A DNA stretch of 64,000 nucleotides from the human T2T-CHM13v2.0 reference genome, Homo sapiens, in assembly GCF_009914755.1 (NCBI RefSeq), contig NC_060925.1; one strand, given 5' to 3'. Below, piece by piece: positions 28,699 to 45,079 of the stretch. The position numbers and the translations under genes are program-made. Numbering within the stretch: the stretch's first letter is position 1; every line of letters begins with the position of its first letter. The notes beneath the pieces are model-generated. The model saw only the letters and a program-made list of their open reading frames with translations, searched no databases and was not told the origin of the DNA.

Positions 28699-29272
28699 TG
28701 TATTAGAGTTCTCCAGAGGGACAGAACTAACAGGAGAGAGAAGGAGAGAGATATATAGGAGTTTATTAGGGAGAATTGGCTCACAGGTTTACAAGATGAA
28801 GTCCTCTAAATGATAGGCCATCTGCAAGCTGGGGAAAGAGAGAAGCTGGTGTTCGCTCAGTGCAAGTCGGAATGCCTGAAAACCAGGGAAGCGGAGAGTG
28901 CAGCCTGCAGTCTGTGGCTGAAGGCCCAAAAGCCCCCGGGAAGCCACTGCTGCAGTTCTCAGAGTCCAAGACCAAAGAACCTAGAGTCTGATGTCCAAGA
29001 GCAGGAGGAGCAGAAGTAAACACCCAGCAAGGAAAGAAGTCTCAGCAAGCAAAAGAATCCTACCTTCTTCTGCCTGCTTTGGTCTAGCCGTGAGGCAGCC
29101 GATTGGATGGTGCCCACTCACATTGAGGGTGGGTCTTCGTCTCCCAGTTCACTGACTCAAATGTCAATCTCCTCTGGTAATGCCCTCACAGACACACCCA
29201 GAAACAATGCTTTAACAGCCACCTAGGCATTCTTTAATCCAATCAAGTTGATACCTAATATTAACCATTACA
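28699..29272 (-). mobile_element. MLT2A2-like (HERV-L) solo LTR
   Basis: tgtattagagttctccagagggacagaactaa...caagttgatacctaatattaaccattaca. Perfect 5-bp TSD atgtc (28694-28698 / 29273-29277). Confidence 0.92.
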
Positions 29273-32084
29273 ATGTCTTCCACAATCTTAGGAATGGTTC
29301 GTTCCTTCCTTATCATTGCATTTTTAAACACACCCGTTGCCCAAGCTGTATCCTCATCCCAACCTCACAGAAGTGTTGTGAAATTATTCGATTTACCTGT
29401 TTTGAAATATCTTGCTCATTTCCTCAATAATTTTAATATTCTGAAGGACAGATCTCTATTTCCATTTCTTTGTATACTTCTCACTTTTTGAAGTGTTCAC
29501 CATGAAACTAATTAATTTGTTTAATTTCTGATTTCAGTGTGTGTCCCAAAGTCACAGTTTTGTGCCTAAAAACACAACAGCTGTTTTCATTGATAAAAGC
29601 ATGTCAAAATGCACTGGCCACACTGATCTATTTCCAAGTTTATAAGCACAACTAGAAAACTGCAGCCAGTTCATTCAATGTGAGCATCTTGATGTTCCTG
29701 AAGTTCAGCTTTGCTAATTCGATCTGCTGGTATTGTATTTATTTCAAACCAATGCCTGAACAAGTATCACACAAGCTGAACTCAATTATCAGTTGGAGAG
29801 ATACTCTCCTCCCTTATCCCCTCTTGGTAATCTAGTCATATGCTCAACTCTGTACTCTCCTTCTCAATGTAGGATCAGTTCCGGGGTCTAGATATAGGGA
29901 AGCAGCTGGCCAGAATTTTTCCCTTTGCCCGTTCACACTTCTGAGTCCTTCTCTGTCCGATGTTAAAGATGAACAAGAGTACTTCCCAATCCATTAGCCC
30001 TCCAAGCTTGCCTTAGCACGAAGCCCTGGGGCAGAGAACATGTTGTGGTAACAGCAGGATAATGGAAACGAGACTTGAAGACAGGTATGAAACTTTGTAA
30101 ATGCTAATTCTTTTAAACCAATTCTTTCTTCTTCAATGGCTCAGCTATGTCATTAAACAAAAAGACTGGGATGGTTACAGTCTCCCCATCCCCCTCTTAA
30201 GGGTGACAATGAAGACTATCTTTTTGTGCTTGCCTGTGAAGATTTCAGCTACCTAATGAATTCCTTTGAAGTGAAAGCTTGTCTTTCTTCACTTTGTTAT
30301 CTATTTTCTTGATGAAGGTAATCCTTGGAAAATAATTTAAGTAAGTCTTGAATAGTAGTGATTTTTAAAGGCTTTTGCTGAATATTTGTGTAGCTAAAAT
30401 AGTTGCCATTAAAAATTCAGGAAAGGGTCATGGAGATTTGGCCTTGGCAAGTTCCTCTTCGCCTTTATTCAAGGATGATGGAAAATAACAACAACAACAA
30501 CAAAACAAACCCAGAATGTTCATATGGCTGCATGTAACCAATGAGAGAAAAATAATACAGGACATAGTAGACATGACTGGGGTGCAGACACTTATTAGAT
30601 ACTCACTATGTTGGTATGGTATCTTCTCAAATGCACCCTTTCTGTTAAAGTATAGGAGAACACGGGTTATATTTGAGACTGAGTGATTTGATCATTGCGT
30701 TTGCTTTGGGCATCAAGGGAAGACAATTTGCATTGTTGGGAGGAGGGTGTCCACACATCAGACTCTAGCACTAGGATGTAACTTCCGAGAAACTCTGAAT
30801 GGGGAGAGATTTTTGATATCTGTTTTGCCCTGCAACAGGCTGGGATGGGGATTTGCTCATTTCTGTGTCAGATCCAACAATAGATTTGATATCCTCTAGG
30901 CCTCAAGAAATAATAAACACAAAGATAACTAAAGTAACTCTCACACAGCTTTTTGAAAACCCAAAACAGTATAACCATTAAAACTTTCAAGAAATCTAGG
31001 ATCCGCTGCACTGAGTATTAATCAGGTACTTATGTCACATAGATGTCTAAACTAAATTAGCATTTTTATAGATATAGATAGTTTTGGTTTCTTTTTAGTT
31101 GAGGTCACACTTTTTCTATTATTCAAGGGACACACTTCTGGATATCAGGATGGATGGGCATAAAGTATAAAGCATATGAAAATGTTTTTTCAAAACTTTA
31201 CTATTATTCAACCCAAGAGATGATATAATATCTTGTCATTTTTCTCAGTAGATTAAAAAGAAAAATGACCAATGTTTTCTCTAGTAAATTATTTCAAAAG
31301 GATTTAATCAGTCTCTCTGAAGTATTAAGATGTATTATGTCATACCTGGCAGAGAGATCCCTGAGACCCTTTTAAACCACCCTTAGTACATTTTGTGACT
31401 TTTGTTACAATAGCTTGAGTATTGTTATTGACTTGTTTTTTTTCTGGTAACACCGCTGAAACGTTCCACAGGCCAAATGTATTCATTTGGTTTATCCCCA
31501 GATAGATGCAGTAAACAGGTGCCTTATATCAAAATGACAATGTATCTCTCATGGGCTATACTTGCTGGTGTAGGTATTTTTTGTTTTAAAAGCTAATAAT
31601 AAAAGCTCTTCTCTGAAATGCAAGACCCATATATAAATTAAGCATAGCTATAGGGTGAGTGTCTTTGAATTATCAGTGAAAGGATATTTTAATATAAATT
31701 TAAAACATTTTAGTTTGCAAAAAAAGTACTGAGTTGCATCAAAAATTAATTAATTAGAAAAACAAGTAATAACAAATCAAACTAAAAGATGGCAAGAAGA
31801 TTTTATAACACACAATTTAAAAATAAAGCACAAAAGAGGAATTACAAATTTCTGTTAAAACATTATTTGTACTTATATGAGTTGACAGCCATTGGAAAAA
31901 AAAATGAACCAACTTCTCAAATGAGGATTTTCACCTTGAACTAAAAATCTACTCCTTATAACTAGTTTACCTCTCTCAATAAATGATCAGACCTCCTATA
32001 TATGAACATATTACTGCTTTATATATATGGTTATATCCGTAACAAGACACTCTAAAGGTATGTATTTTGAGAGGAAAATAAGCC

Positions 32085-33095
32085 TACCTCAAACTAGAAA
32101 TATTTTGTACAGCAAAGGAGACAACTAACAGGGTGAAAAGGCAACCTACAGAATGGGAGAAAGTATTTGCAAATCCTATAACTGAGAAGGGGTTAATTCC
32201 CAAAATATATAAGAAAACTCTTACAACTCAACAGCAAAAATACAAAACAAAACAAAAAAACCACCTAATAACTAGATTAAAGTAATGGACTAAAGGTTTA
32301 AATAGACATTTCTCCAAAGAAGACATACAGGTAGCCAACAGGTATATGAAAGGATGTTCAACCGCACTAATATAATGAGGGAAATTCAAATCAAAGTCAC
32401 AAAGAGATATCATCTCACATCTGTTAGGTTATCAATTATATATATAAAAAAGACAACAAGTGAGGATGTGGAGAATTTGGAAACCTTGTACACTATAGGT
32501 GGGAATGCAAGATGGTGCAGCTGCTATGAAAAGCAGGATGGAGTTTCCTCAAAAAATTCAAAATATGATCCAGTAATCTCAATTTGGGGTATTTATTTAA
32601 AAGAATGGAAATCAGGGTCTTGCAGTGATATTAGCACTTCCATGTTCATTGCAGCACTATTCACAATAGTCAAGAAGTAGAAACAACCTACATGTCTATG
32701 GAAAGTTAAGTGGATAAAGAAAATGTATATAAATACAAAGGCATATTATTCAGTTTTTAACAAAGAAGAAAATTTTGTAATGAGAAAACATAGATGACTC
32801 TTAAGAACACTATGCTGTATGAAGTAAGCCAGTCACAGAATAACAGATGCTTCATGATTCCACTTCTATGAGATATCTAAAAAAGTCAAAATCATGGCAT
32901 CAAAAAGTGGATTAGTGGTTGCCAGAGGCTGGGGAGATAAATCAAGTGCTAATTAATGAGCATAAAGTTTCAGTTAAATAAGATAGGTAAGTTGTAGAGA
33001 TCTGCTGTTCAGCACTGTGCCTATGGTCAGCAATACTTCAGATTTCCTATTAAGTGTTCTTAGCACAATAAAATTTTTAAAAATTAAAAAAATAT
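32085..33095 (+). mobile_element. L1MA-type (about L1MA8/9) 3' end
   Basis: ORF2 C-terminus (aggcaacctacagaatgggag; peptide REIQIKVTKRYHLT) plus 3' UTR gtggttgccagaggctgggg...gagatctgctg...taagtgttcttagcacaataaaa. Confidence 0.85.
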
Positions 33096-33652
33096 ATATT
33101 GTAGTCACTCTGACATGCATTTAAGGGTACAGTTTTTGGTTCAGGTATTAGAAATTTATATATCGGTTTTGCATTGTATATTTTCTTTAATGATAAATGA
33201 CAAAGACAGTTTCTGAAAACAATGCTGCTGATGAATTTGACAAGCCATGGCTATAAAGAGCAAAATTAGCATGGATTTGCCTGTTCAGCGCTGGATTCAC
33301 TCATCTCAACATAAAAACACATTTACCCTGTTATTCTCCTTCCTCACCAGTGTAGCAGGTATGAACCTAATCATACAAACTGAAAGGTACAAAAAAGTAA
33401 TTTTTGCATAAGTCTTTCTACTCAGTGCTTCCATTCCACCAGGAGTAACTGAATTTTATTATCAGTTAATCTCCTTCCCCTAACATATATATGTACTTTA
33501 ATATACTTTATCTTGAGTTGTTTCTAATCTTTTGGAATTTATGCATTAGCAGTCTCCAGAGAAGCAGAACCATAGGATGTTTTAAAATATTATATGTTAT
33601 ATATAATATATACATATTTATATATGTGTTATATATGTTTACATATTATGTA

Positions 33653-33960
33653 TTGGTTCCAAGGCCTCCTGGGAATATCAAAATCTATGGATGCTCATGT
33701 CCCTGATACAAAATGCCAGAGTAACTGCGTGTAACCTATGCACACCCTCTGGTGTACTTTAAATCATCTCTAGTTTGCTTATAATACCTAATACAGTGTA
33801 CATACTATGTAAATAATAGTTACACTGTACCGTTTAGGGAATAATGACAAGAAAAAGTGCATATGTGTTAAGTAGAGAAGCAATACTCTTTTTGAATATT
33901 TTCAATTCAAGTTTGGTTGATTCCACAGATGTGGAACCTACCAATGTGAAGTGCTGGCTG
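33653..33960. mobile_element. MER2-like Tigger-derived element
   Basis: aaaatctatggatgctcatgtccctgatacaaaatg...tactttaaatcatctctag...ttggttgattccacagatgtggaacc...ctg followed by TA. Confidence 0.85.
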
Positions 33961-33982
33961 TATGTGTTTATGTGTTTTTGAG

Positions 33983-34009
33983 TGTGTGTGTGTGTGTGTG
34001 TGTGTGTGT
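33983..34009. repeat. (TG)n microsatellite
   Basis: Direct reading. Confidence 0.95.
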
Positions 34010-35634
34010 CTTGTCCCTTCTCTGCGTGTATGTCTCAATTGTAGTAAAAGTAAAGGAAAAGTAGAATATATAATTTTCATTTATTCTGTAAAGTAAACAT
34101 ACCATCTTTGAAAATAGTGAGCTAAGAGGGAAATAGCTTCAAATCTATAACAAAATTACTTAGGAGGCTTCTAGCCATTTCGAAGCTCTCTTGATCATTA
34201 CTGAAGCTTATTTGGTGGCTTCTTTCTGTTATCCTGATTCCCCATACCATGGTAGGAATCAAGTCTCTCTAAAGTTTAACCTGTGCTCCCTGAGGGATGC
34301 TTCTTGAAGGCTCATGTGCTCCTGGAACTTTTGATGACTGTATAAGCAAAGGCAGGGTTTTTTTTTTTTAGGTGTCCACCAGATGTCACTGTTCACCAGA
34401 AAAACGTGACTAACGCTGCAGCATTGAAACAAACAGGTGTTAATAATGATTTGATTCTTAAAATAGAAAAGGAAAAAAATAAAAAAAAAAAACAAGTAGA
34501 TCTACATTACAACCCGATCTTAGGCAGGAAGTAAAAACTTTCTTTACTTTAGGCTAGAAAATGATCATCCTTTAGGAGCTTTTAATTTCACTAACATTTT
34601 ACCCCTATTAGGAGACAGGGCAGGTGCTTCTAGTCACAACTATTTAGTGATAGACCACTGAAAGCTAGAACCTGGGTTCTACCCTAGGCCTTGTAATCAG
34701 AACATCAATGTTACTGGTCAAGTTCCTTAAACAATTCGTCTTCATTTCTTTTCCTATAAAACAAGAAGTCAGATATTCCCACCAGTCAAAAAATATTATA
34801 ATCTTGCTTCAAAAACTTTAGATAAATACCTTCTCAAGGTTACCATTTCTTGAGTCTGCACTATAACCCAAGTCCTTTTTTACTCCTTAACACAAGCCAG
34901 AGTGCACTAGCACATGAAGCATTCCCTGGGCTGCTTCATTCAACATGAAAAAATAAGAGTCCCACTGACCATATTACCTTCTGCAGCCATTTTTCTTTCT
35001 ATTGTCCAACAATATGTTTTCAGTTTAAATGTTTACAGTTTAAAAATAGAACTATGTAGGATTTATTAAAATATTTTTTGCTCTGATATTTATTTATGTT
35101 TGGGAAAACTGACTTGGCTTACTTTTAAATAAATTTCTTAATAAAACAAAATATAATAGATATATGCATATACATATATGAATAAGAAAATGAATACATA
35201 TACCTACCATTCGGCTTTACAAAGTAGAACACCTTTTGTACCTCTTTACCCAAATAAATTTAGTCATTTATTTCACCAAGATCATTTAAGAACTAAATTT
35301 GCTGCACCAAAGTAAAGACTTTTCTCCTAACGAAAGGTTATTTCTTTCTGGATTTTAGCTTTTAGTAGCTTCATACTCTTAGTTCACCCACAAGCCTCAG
35401 AAGACAAGCAGAGGCAATAATGTGTCCCTATAGGCTCCCATCCCATTCTTTTTCTCCTCTTTGAGAGAAAAATTAAGTTCATACTGAAACTGCATTTTTT
35501 CTACTGCCTGTAATCTTTTATTTATTCAAAATTATAATAGATTGTAATTCTCATCTATGTTAAAATACAAATTAGTTCATTTTTCGGGGAACCTTGAGGC
35601 AGAGAGTAGAGCAATAAGAAAAGAGGAAGGTTTC

Positions 35635-35945
<311 letters not shown>

Positions 35946-36285
35946 AAGGAAAGAGGAAGCTCTCATAGTGACCCAGAGAGGAGAAAGCGCTAATGGGAAT
36001 TTTCTAAGCAGGAAAATTTCTGAACCTAGAATGTGTAAATGTAACATTTGAATTTATCATCATGAGCTTTCAATTGGGGCTTATACTGTGTGAAGGTGGC
36101 ATTCTGGGGTGAGAAGAGCCTAGGGCAGCAATAGAGCCAGACAAAAAACAGAGAGATAATTCAGATGAAGAAGGGATCTGAGTAAGAAATGATGGGGAAC
36201 AATGTAAGCTCCCTGTTTCTCAGTCTATTTAAGGTAGTTTTATGAGTCATTTAAATTTAAACATTATTAAAAAGGTTTTCCTCAG

Positions 36286-36974
36286 TGTAAGAGTTGAAGA
36301 AAGAAGACTGAAACATGAAAAGTGGCTCAACAGTCAAAGACAGGTTTCTTTTGGAGAATAAACATGAGAGGGGCTTCTGGCCAAGTTAGGTCAGGAGCCT
36401 TCTCTCTTACAGACTAAGGGTATTTAAGGGTTCAGGGGCTCATGAGGAGGGGATGCCTTATCCTCCTAGGGTCCCACGGTTCAGTTAGGACCAGGTGTGC
36501 TGTCTGTATATAGCAGAGTTTTCATCAGCTCTCACCCCATTCCCAGACCACATCAGCCAACTTTTAGTCTGTGTCTCTTTGTCTTGCTTATCTGGGAGGG
36601 AGAGGTTTTGTGTCTGCTCCCATACATTTTCCTGTAGCTTCAGGCATCCCCGCAGTCCCCTCCCCACCTGCTCACCTGCCGTAGTCTGCTTTTAGCTTAC
36701 CTATCTTAGTGCACCTAAAGGGAAAGGAATGTGCTTATTAGGGCCCACTGTTTTACTGGGGCCCACTGTATAAGTGTGAAGTTTGGTGATTACTCAAGAG
36801 ACTTTCCCCCCTCCTTCTGTGCCCAAGCTGTCGTATCTGTGTTTTACTGTCTGCTTTTTCTGGCTGCTTGTTGTTAGAAGAGAAGTGATCTCCTTGAAAT
36901 GCATGAAGTTAGAAAGGGAGCTGGTACTTAAATTGGTGGTGTTTGTCCAAGATGACGGTGCTCCTGCTCTGTCA
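36286..36974 (-). mobile_element. LTR19-like ERV1 solo LTR
   Basis: Minus strand starts tgacagagcaggagcaccgtcatcttggacaaacacc and ends ...cttaca; flanks ctcag / cccag. Confidence 0.8.
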
Positions 36975-39379
36975 CCCAGCACACTGGAAGATTTCAGATA
37001 CCCAGAAAGCTGATATCCAAGCTACAGATATGCATAAATAGAACATGCATTTATTGGAAATACCAGAGTGTTTTTTCAAGTGCACACACATGAATGATAA
37101 GGTTCACTAATAAAAGCTTTTTGATTCTCTAGGAAACTCATTCTTTGAGCTTCTTTGTGATTTGGTTTCATTCCTTCTGTAGAACTTCTTGGCAAACCTG
37201 GAAGGTCAGGGGCATTTGTCTGATTGTTTTAAGCCAGAAAATAAGTTAAACAGTGCATGTCTCAGTTGCTGGCCGCTTTGGCAGCCTCCAAACCAATAAT
37301 CTCTGCCACCCTTCCAAAGGGTTAAGAACAAGACCATGCTGGAAACTGAGCAGCAATTACATACTGATTGGGAAAATTGCCAGTCATTCCTGGTCTCTGA
37401 CCCTCTGTACATGGTGTCCAGCTACTTCGCCTTTGAAATTTATACCTTAATCATCCTTCACATTTGACAGTGTTCTAAATTTTTAAAAGCACATTTAAAT
37501 GCATTATTTCTCTTGGATATTATCCCTACTGCAGACCTAGATTGCTAGGGAAGATAAAATCAACTGTGTTTTGCACATGGGAATCTAGGATAAAGAAAGA
37601 TAAAACTTCTTGTTTGAGGTCATACAAAACTCAGAGAAAACCTGTATTTCCTGTCTCTAACACAGGTGAGTGTTTAGAACCAGGAAGCTACTTTCTGTCT
37701 CTTCACTTCATTACTGAGATTATAACTCACCGAGCCCAAATACCTCTAAGTCCAAAATCAGAGCTATCACTGTTTCCCCTTTCTATCTGCTCTTGCTATG
37801 TCTTTTTTTTTTTTTGTCTTTATGCCCTGCGAAATAAGCTCCAGGAAAGTTAGAATAAAATGATGAATTAGTTATTTCTGCAACATAAATAGTGAAATTT
37901 GTGATGGGACTTTGAGTCCAACTTCCAAGTTTCCTCCTTAAATAGAAACTTCAGGAATATTATTCACAGAGTTACATGAAATATCACAAATCCAGGTCTA
38001 TGTGAAATGCTAACTTAGCATTTTCCCAAGTGTGATATTAATGAGTATATTATATTACAAAAAATGATTCCATGTTCAAATTAGTCAAAGTCCTGTGTCA
38101 AAGGACCTGCCCCAGTATCTCATATGTGTATATTACTCAGTGATAAGCAGGATGATTAAGGAGTATATTTCCCTAACTTGCTTTCCCACCGAAATATTTT
38201 TTAGATAATTTTTTCAGTCCAGATTATTCTGTGTGGGAAGCTAAATTAGAGAAAAGAATGTTGCAATGTCTCCAGTACTTTTTCTTTGTATCATTCTTTC
38301 TAAGGAGTTACTGCAGTTTTATGTATTTCAGAATGAAATCAAATGAGAGCTGTATAAAATCTTCAGATAAATTTTGATTAATTGTTTTAATATCTAAAAT
38401 ACACAAAAATTTACTTTTTCTTGATTTGTTAAAGAAATAAAGTGAAGAAATTTAATTTGTAGTATGTGTTTGTGCAAGTCACAAATAGCCCAAACTGTAT
38501 AGGTTGAACATGGCAGAGTTCTAGTACTCACTGAGGATAAGAAAAAGAATAAAAATGGAAAGGGGAAGTTCACAGAAAACATGTAATTTTCTCCACTATT
38601 CTCAGTGGAAAGGCTGCATCCTAAACGATCAGAAATCCTGGTGGGCCTGTTTGCTCCTCCAGCTTCTCTCTGGTCAAGATTGAATTTCCCAATAGTTCAA
38701 GACGCTGACTGGGAGCTTATGTTTCTCTCTACAGCTTGCCTTGCACTGATTCTGGAAGCAAATTGAAGATGTCCATTCCCAGATAGAACATATCAGGTTA
38801 TATTGCAAGCTCAGTGTATCTTTGAAAGGCAATGCTTTAGCTCCTACTTCTCCGGGACTCTTAACAACTGGTGCAGTTATGAAAAGAAACAAAATCACAA
38901 TCATTTTACTGACATCACATGTGGTGGCAATTAGTCTTAATTCCAAACATTTTTCTAGGACTTTGAAATTTTCAAAGCACTTTCACTTAATCTGAACTCT
39001 CATTTCCAATTCATAAGAAGTTATGCACAAGGCATAAGTAATGATATTCTTTTTGCAAGAGATCCAATGACTTGTGCAAAAGAATGTATATCCAAGAGGG
39101 GCCAGATCCATGATCTCTGTCTCTCTGTTCAGTGTTTTATTTTTCTTTGTTTTTTCATTACATATACCAACCTACTTCTTGGAATGAGGCACCATTTCTA
39201 AGGTAATATCATAATAAATATTTTGGTTACTAGTTTTGACAGTTACTGGGCTAAGCTCTGACTTAAAGACACAATAAACTATATTTACATGTCTCTAGAA
39301 CTGTGTTAAGAACTTTGTATCAACTTTATATAACAATCATTGAAATTTGTACCATTTTCCTTATATATATATATTAAAC

Positions 39380-42070
<2,691 letters not shown>

Positions 42071-42089
42071 CCAAAGAAGTGCAGAGGAG

Positions 42090-42480
42090 GGAGTGTCTTT
42101 CAGTTCTCATGCTCTCCTTTCAGCCTTTGGCACACTCTCTCGTTACACGTGGTGAAGGCCTGCAGGAAAGGTTTGGCAAACAGACTTGCTCTGTGCCTGG
42201 GGATCCTTAGTATTGTTTAATGGTAGCCTGTATGAAGCCATTAAACATTGTTAGGTGTTTGACTGCCTATGGTAGTTTTCTTTTACCACTCTGCCTGGGA
42301 TGAAAGCACCTCTGGTCTCCTCTCTCCTAGAAAAGGCTCATCACTTTCTGGAATTCAGTTTACTTAGTTTTCTTTTCATTGCCAACTCTTGAATGGTTTT
42401 TATAAAACTATGATGTTATAGAGTATCCAGCTTGTTCTCCCTGTTAGGGTAGGAGTGATGGTTCCATTGATTTTCTGCTC
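42090..42480 (-). mobile_element. Probable L1ME 5' end fragment
   Basis: ttttataaaactatgatgtt...tccagcttgttctccctgttagggtaggagtgatg resembles recalled L1ME 5' ends. Confidence 0.5.
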
Positions 42481-42622
42481 CAAGATCTCACAGTTTGAAG
42501 TTGTTAAGCTTGGATCTGGAACATAGTTCTTATCTGACTCCATTATTCATATTCTGAAAAGATTGTAGATAGTCAAGATTCATAACTTGTACATTTAGAG
42601 AAGAAAAAAGGATAAAAAGTTA

Positions 42623-42931
42623 CAGATGTTTCCCAACTGATGATGTTTTGTCTTATGATTTTTGACTTTACAATGATGTGAAAGTATACACATTTGGTAG
42701 AACATCAGTAAATGACATGACATATTCTTTATTATAAAATAGGTTTTATGTTAGGCAATTTATCACAACTGTATGCAAGTATGTGTTCTGAGCAGATTTA
42801 GGGTAAGCTGCATTAAGCTATGATGTTCGGTTGGTTAGGTGTACCTGTAGTAAATGCTTTTGCCATGTAATATTTTCAGTTTACAATGGGCTTATTGGGA
42901 CAAAATCCCATTCTAAGTCAAGGAGCACCTG
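42623..42931. mobile_element. MER47A-like Tigger MITE
   Basis: TA-flanked inverted termini cagatgtttcccaact.../...agtcaaggagcacctg; taagctatgatgttcggttggttaggtgta. Confidence 0.85.
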
Positions 42932-43920
42932 TACATCTATTTTTGAAGACCTCACACTATCTATTTTTACTCTTTCTTGAAGCATAACTGTACATCTAGG
43001 CAAGGATTTTCTAAATTAAAACTCTACTTTGACCTTCATTGATCTACCAAGAATTTGAAGGAGTATTCACAGAAGAGTCACTGCTTACTTTCTACTGGAT
43101 ACAAGTTTGAAGAAAAGTCAGCATGCACTCTGCACCTCTTAGAATGAATTGAGCTTTTGCTTAAAATGAAATATGGACATCTGAACTGTTAATTGTGAAG
43201 AGAAGGAAATTTTTTTCTATATATTCAATGCTAGGAAGTTGCAATTTCCAGGACGTGAATTTGTATGTATTTGTACAAATGGAAAATTTTTGTTCTAATG
43301 TAATGAGAGTAAAATGCAACTCTGGTGTATTTTAAGTGGAAAAATTAATTAACATTAAAAGACAACATATTGTTGTAAGTGGAGGGAAGATTTGTCTTTC
43401 TTGTTTTTCTCTGTCATCTCTGGCAGAAGGCAGCCAGGGGACCATTATTTCCTTCTCATTATTAAGGACCCCAAGTACTTTTGGCCAAAGTCACTGGAAC
43501 ACCTTGTTCCCTTCCTGCTGGTCAAATCACCAATTTTTCTCCCTAGCCCCAGGAAATAGGCTTTCTGACACCAATTTCCTATCTGTGAATTCTAAGGTAA
43601 TTGTTTTGGTTTTTTGAGTTTCAGGGAAAAACTAGGTCTAGAAAATGGAACTTTTTGAGGGGAGGGGGCTAGATGGAGTCTGGTTAAATTTAGAGCATTC
43701 TAAGTAGCTGGGAAAATGTAGAATTTACTTAGGAAAGAGCTGAAGAGATTTTAATTTAAAGAGAATAAATGCTATAAAAGTTTACATTCTTTACAATTTG
43801 TCACATAATCAGCCTAGAATTGTGAATAGAATAAGTATTCTATATATTTTATTAGCTATAATAGAAAATTTCCTTTAGCTTTGAGTAATTAAATAATATT
43901 AGTTAAAATGAATTCCTGTA

Positions 43921-44440
43921 TTTATTCATGCAGCAATCATTTATTACATACTGTGTGCCAAGGGCTTTTACAACGGACTCCAAAATGCTCATTCTTCAGT
44001 GAATAAAAAACACATTTAAACATAATGAAAACACAAAATCAAATCATATATACCACGTTCTTTAGGAGCAAAGAGGAAGAAAGTAAACAGGTACCTTTCC
44101 ACAAGGAGATTGAAGAAGGTTTTAAAGAAGTGAAAGTTGAATGGAATTTGAAACTACATATAAAGGCATAAAGATAGAGGCAACTTCCAGACAAAAGGAA
44201 TAGGACCTCCTAACTGTGATGCCAAAATAAAGGTATGGATGAGCAAAGGTCTTGGTGTGAACATAGAAATGCATTTCTATGTTTAGTGCAGCTAAATGTG
44301 ATGGACTTAAGGCTAGAATGAGATGAAGAAATCAAGTAGTGAAGGGATTTCTAAAGTTTGAACTTTATGCTGTAGAAAACAGAGTGTATTGGAGAAATAT
44401 AAGCTGCTATTAGAGAGACTGAAATTCTTTAATAAAGTAG
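43921..44440 (-). mobile_element. L2 3' fragment
   Basis: ttattcatgcagcaatcatttatt...actgtgtgccaagg...tttgaactttatgctgtag. Confidence 0.65.
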
Positions 44441-44671
44441 AAAAGAATATTCTTATAATTACATCTTGCCTAGTACAACAGGGGTAGCTGCCCTGGTTCC
44501 CAGCCTGGTGAGTTGCAGAGAGGTGATGGGGGAAGGTTTGGGTGGCCCTATTACTAAAGTTGACACTACTAGCAATTATGTTATTTTAATTTACTCAATC
44601 CCCCTCTCTCTCATCATCTTTTTCTCCCTTTCCCTGTCTCTATCTCCATCTCTTTCTAGCCCTATGTCTTC

Positions 44672-45079
44672 GTGTTAGTCCATTTGCATTGCTGTAAAGA
44701 AATATCTGAGACCAGGTAATTTATAAAGAAAAGAGGTTTATTTTGCCTTACAGTTCTGCAGGCTGCACAGGAAATGTAGTGCCAGCATGTGCTTCTGGCG
44801 GGGGCCTTAGAGAGCTTGCAATCACAGTGAAAGGCCAAGGGGAAGCTGATGTACCACATGGTAAGAGAGGGAGAAAGGGCAATGCCAGACTTTTTTAAAT
44901 AACCAGCTCTCGTGAACTAACAGAGCAAGAACTCACTAATTACCATCAGGAGGGCACCAAGCCATTCATGAGGGATCTGCCCCCATGACCCAAACACTTC
45001 TTCCCAGGTCACTTCTCCAGCACTGGGAGTCAGATTTCAACATGAGACTTGAAGCGGACACCCATCCAAGTCATATAAC
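44672..45079 (-). mobile_element. MSTB-like MaLR LTR
   Basis: ttagtccatttgcattgctgtaaagaaatatctgagac...gccattcatgagggatctgcccccatgacccaaacac...atttcaacatgaga. Confidence 0.9.

Noticed and set aside
29600-29760. Minus-strand terminal-exon-like frame HWFEINTIPADRISKAELQEHQDAHIE*
   Set aside because: Short, weak acceptor, no recognisable homolog or partner exons.
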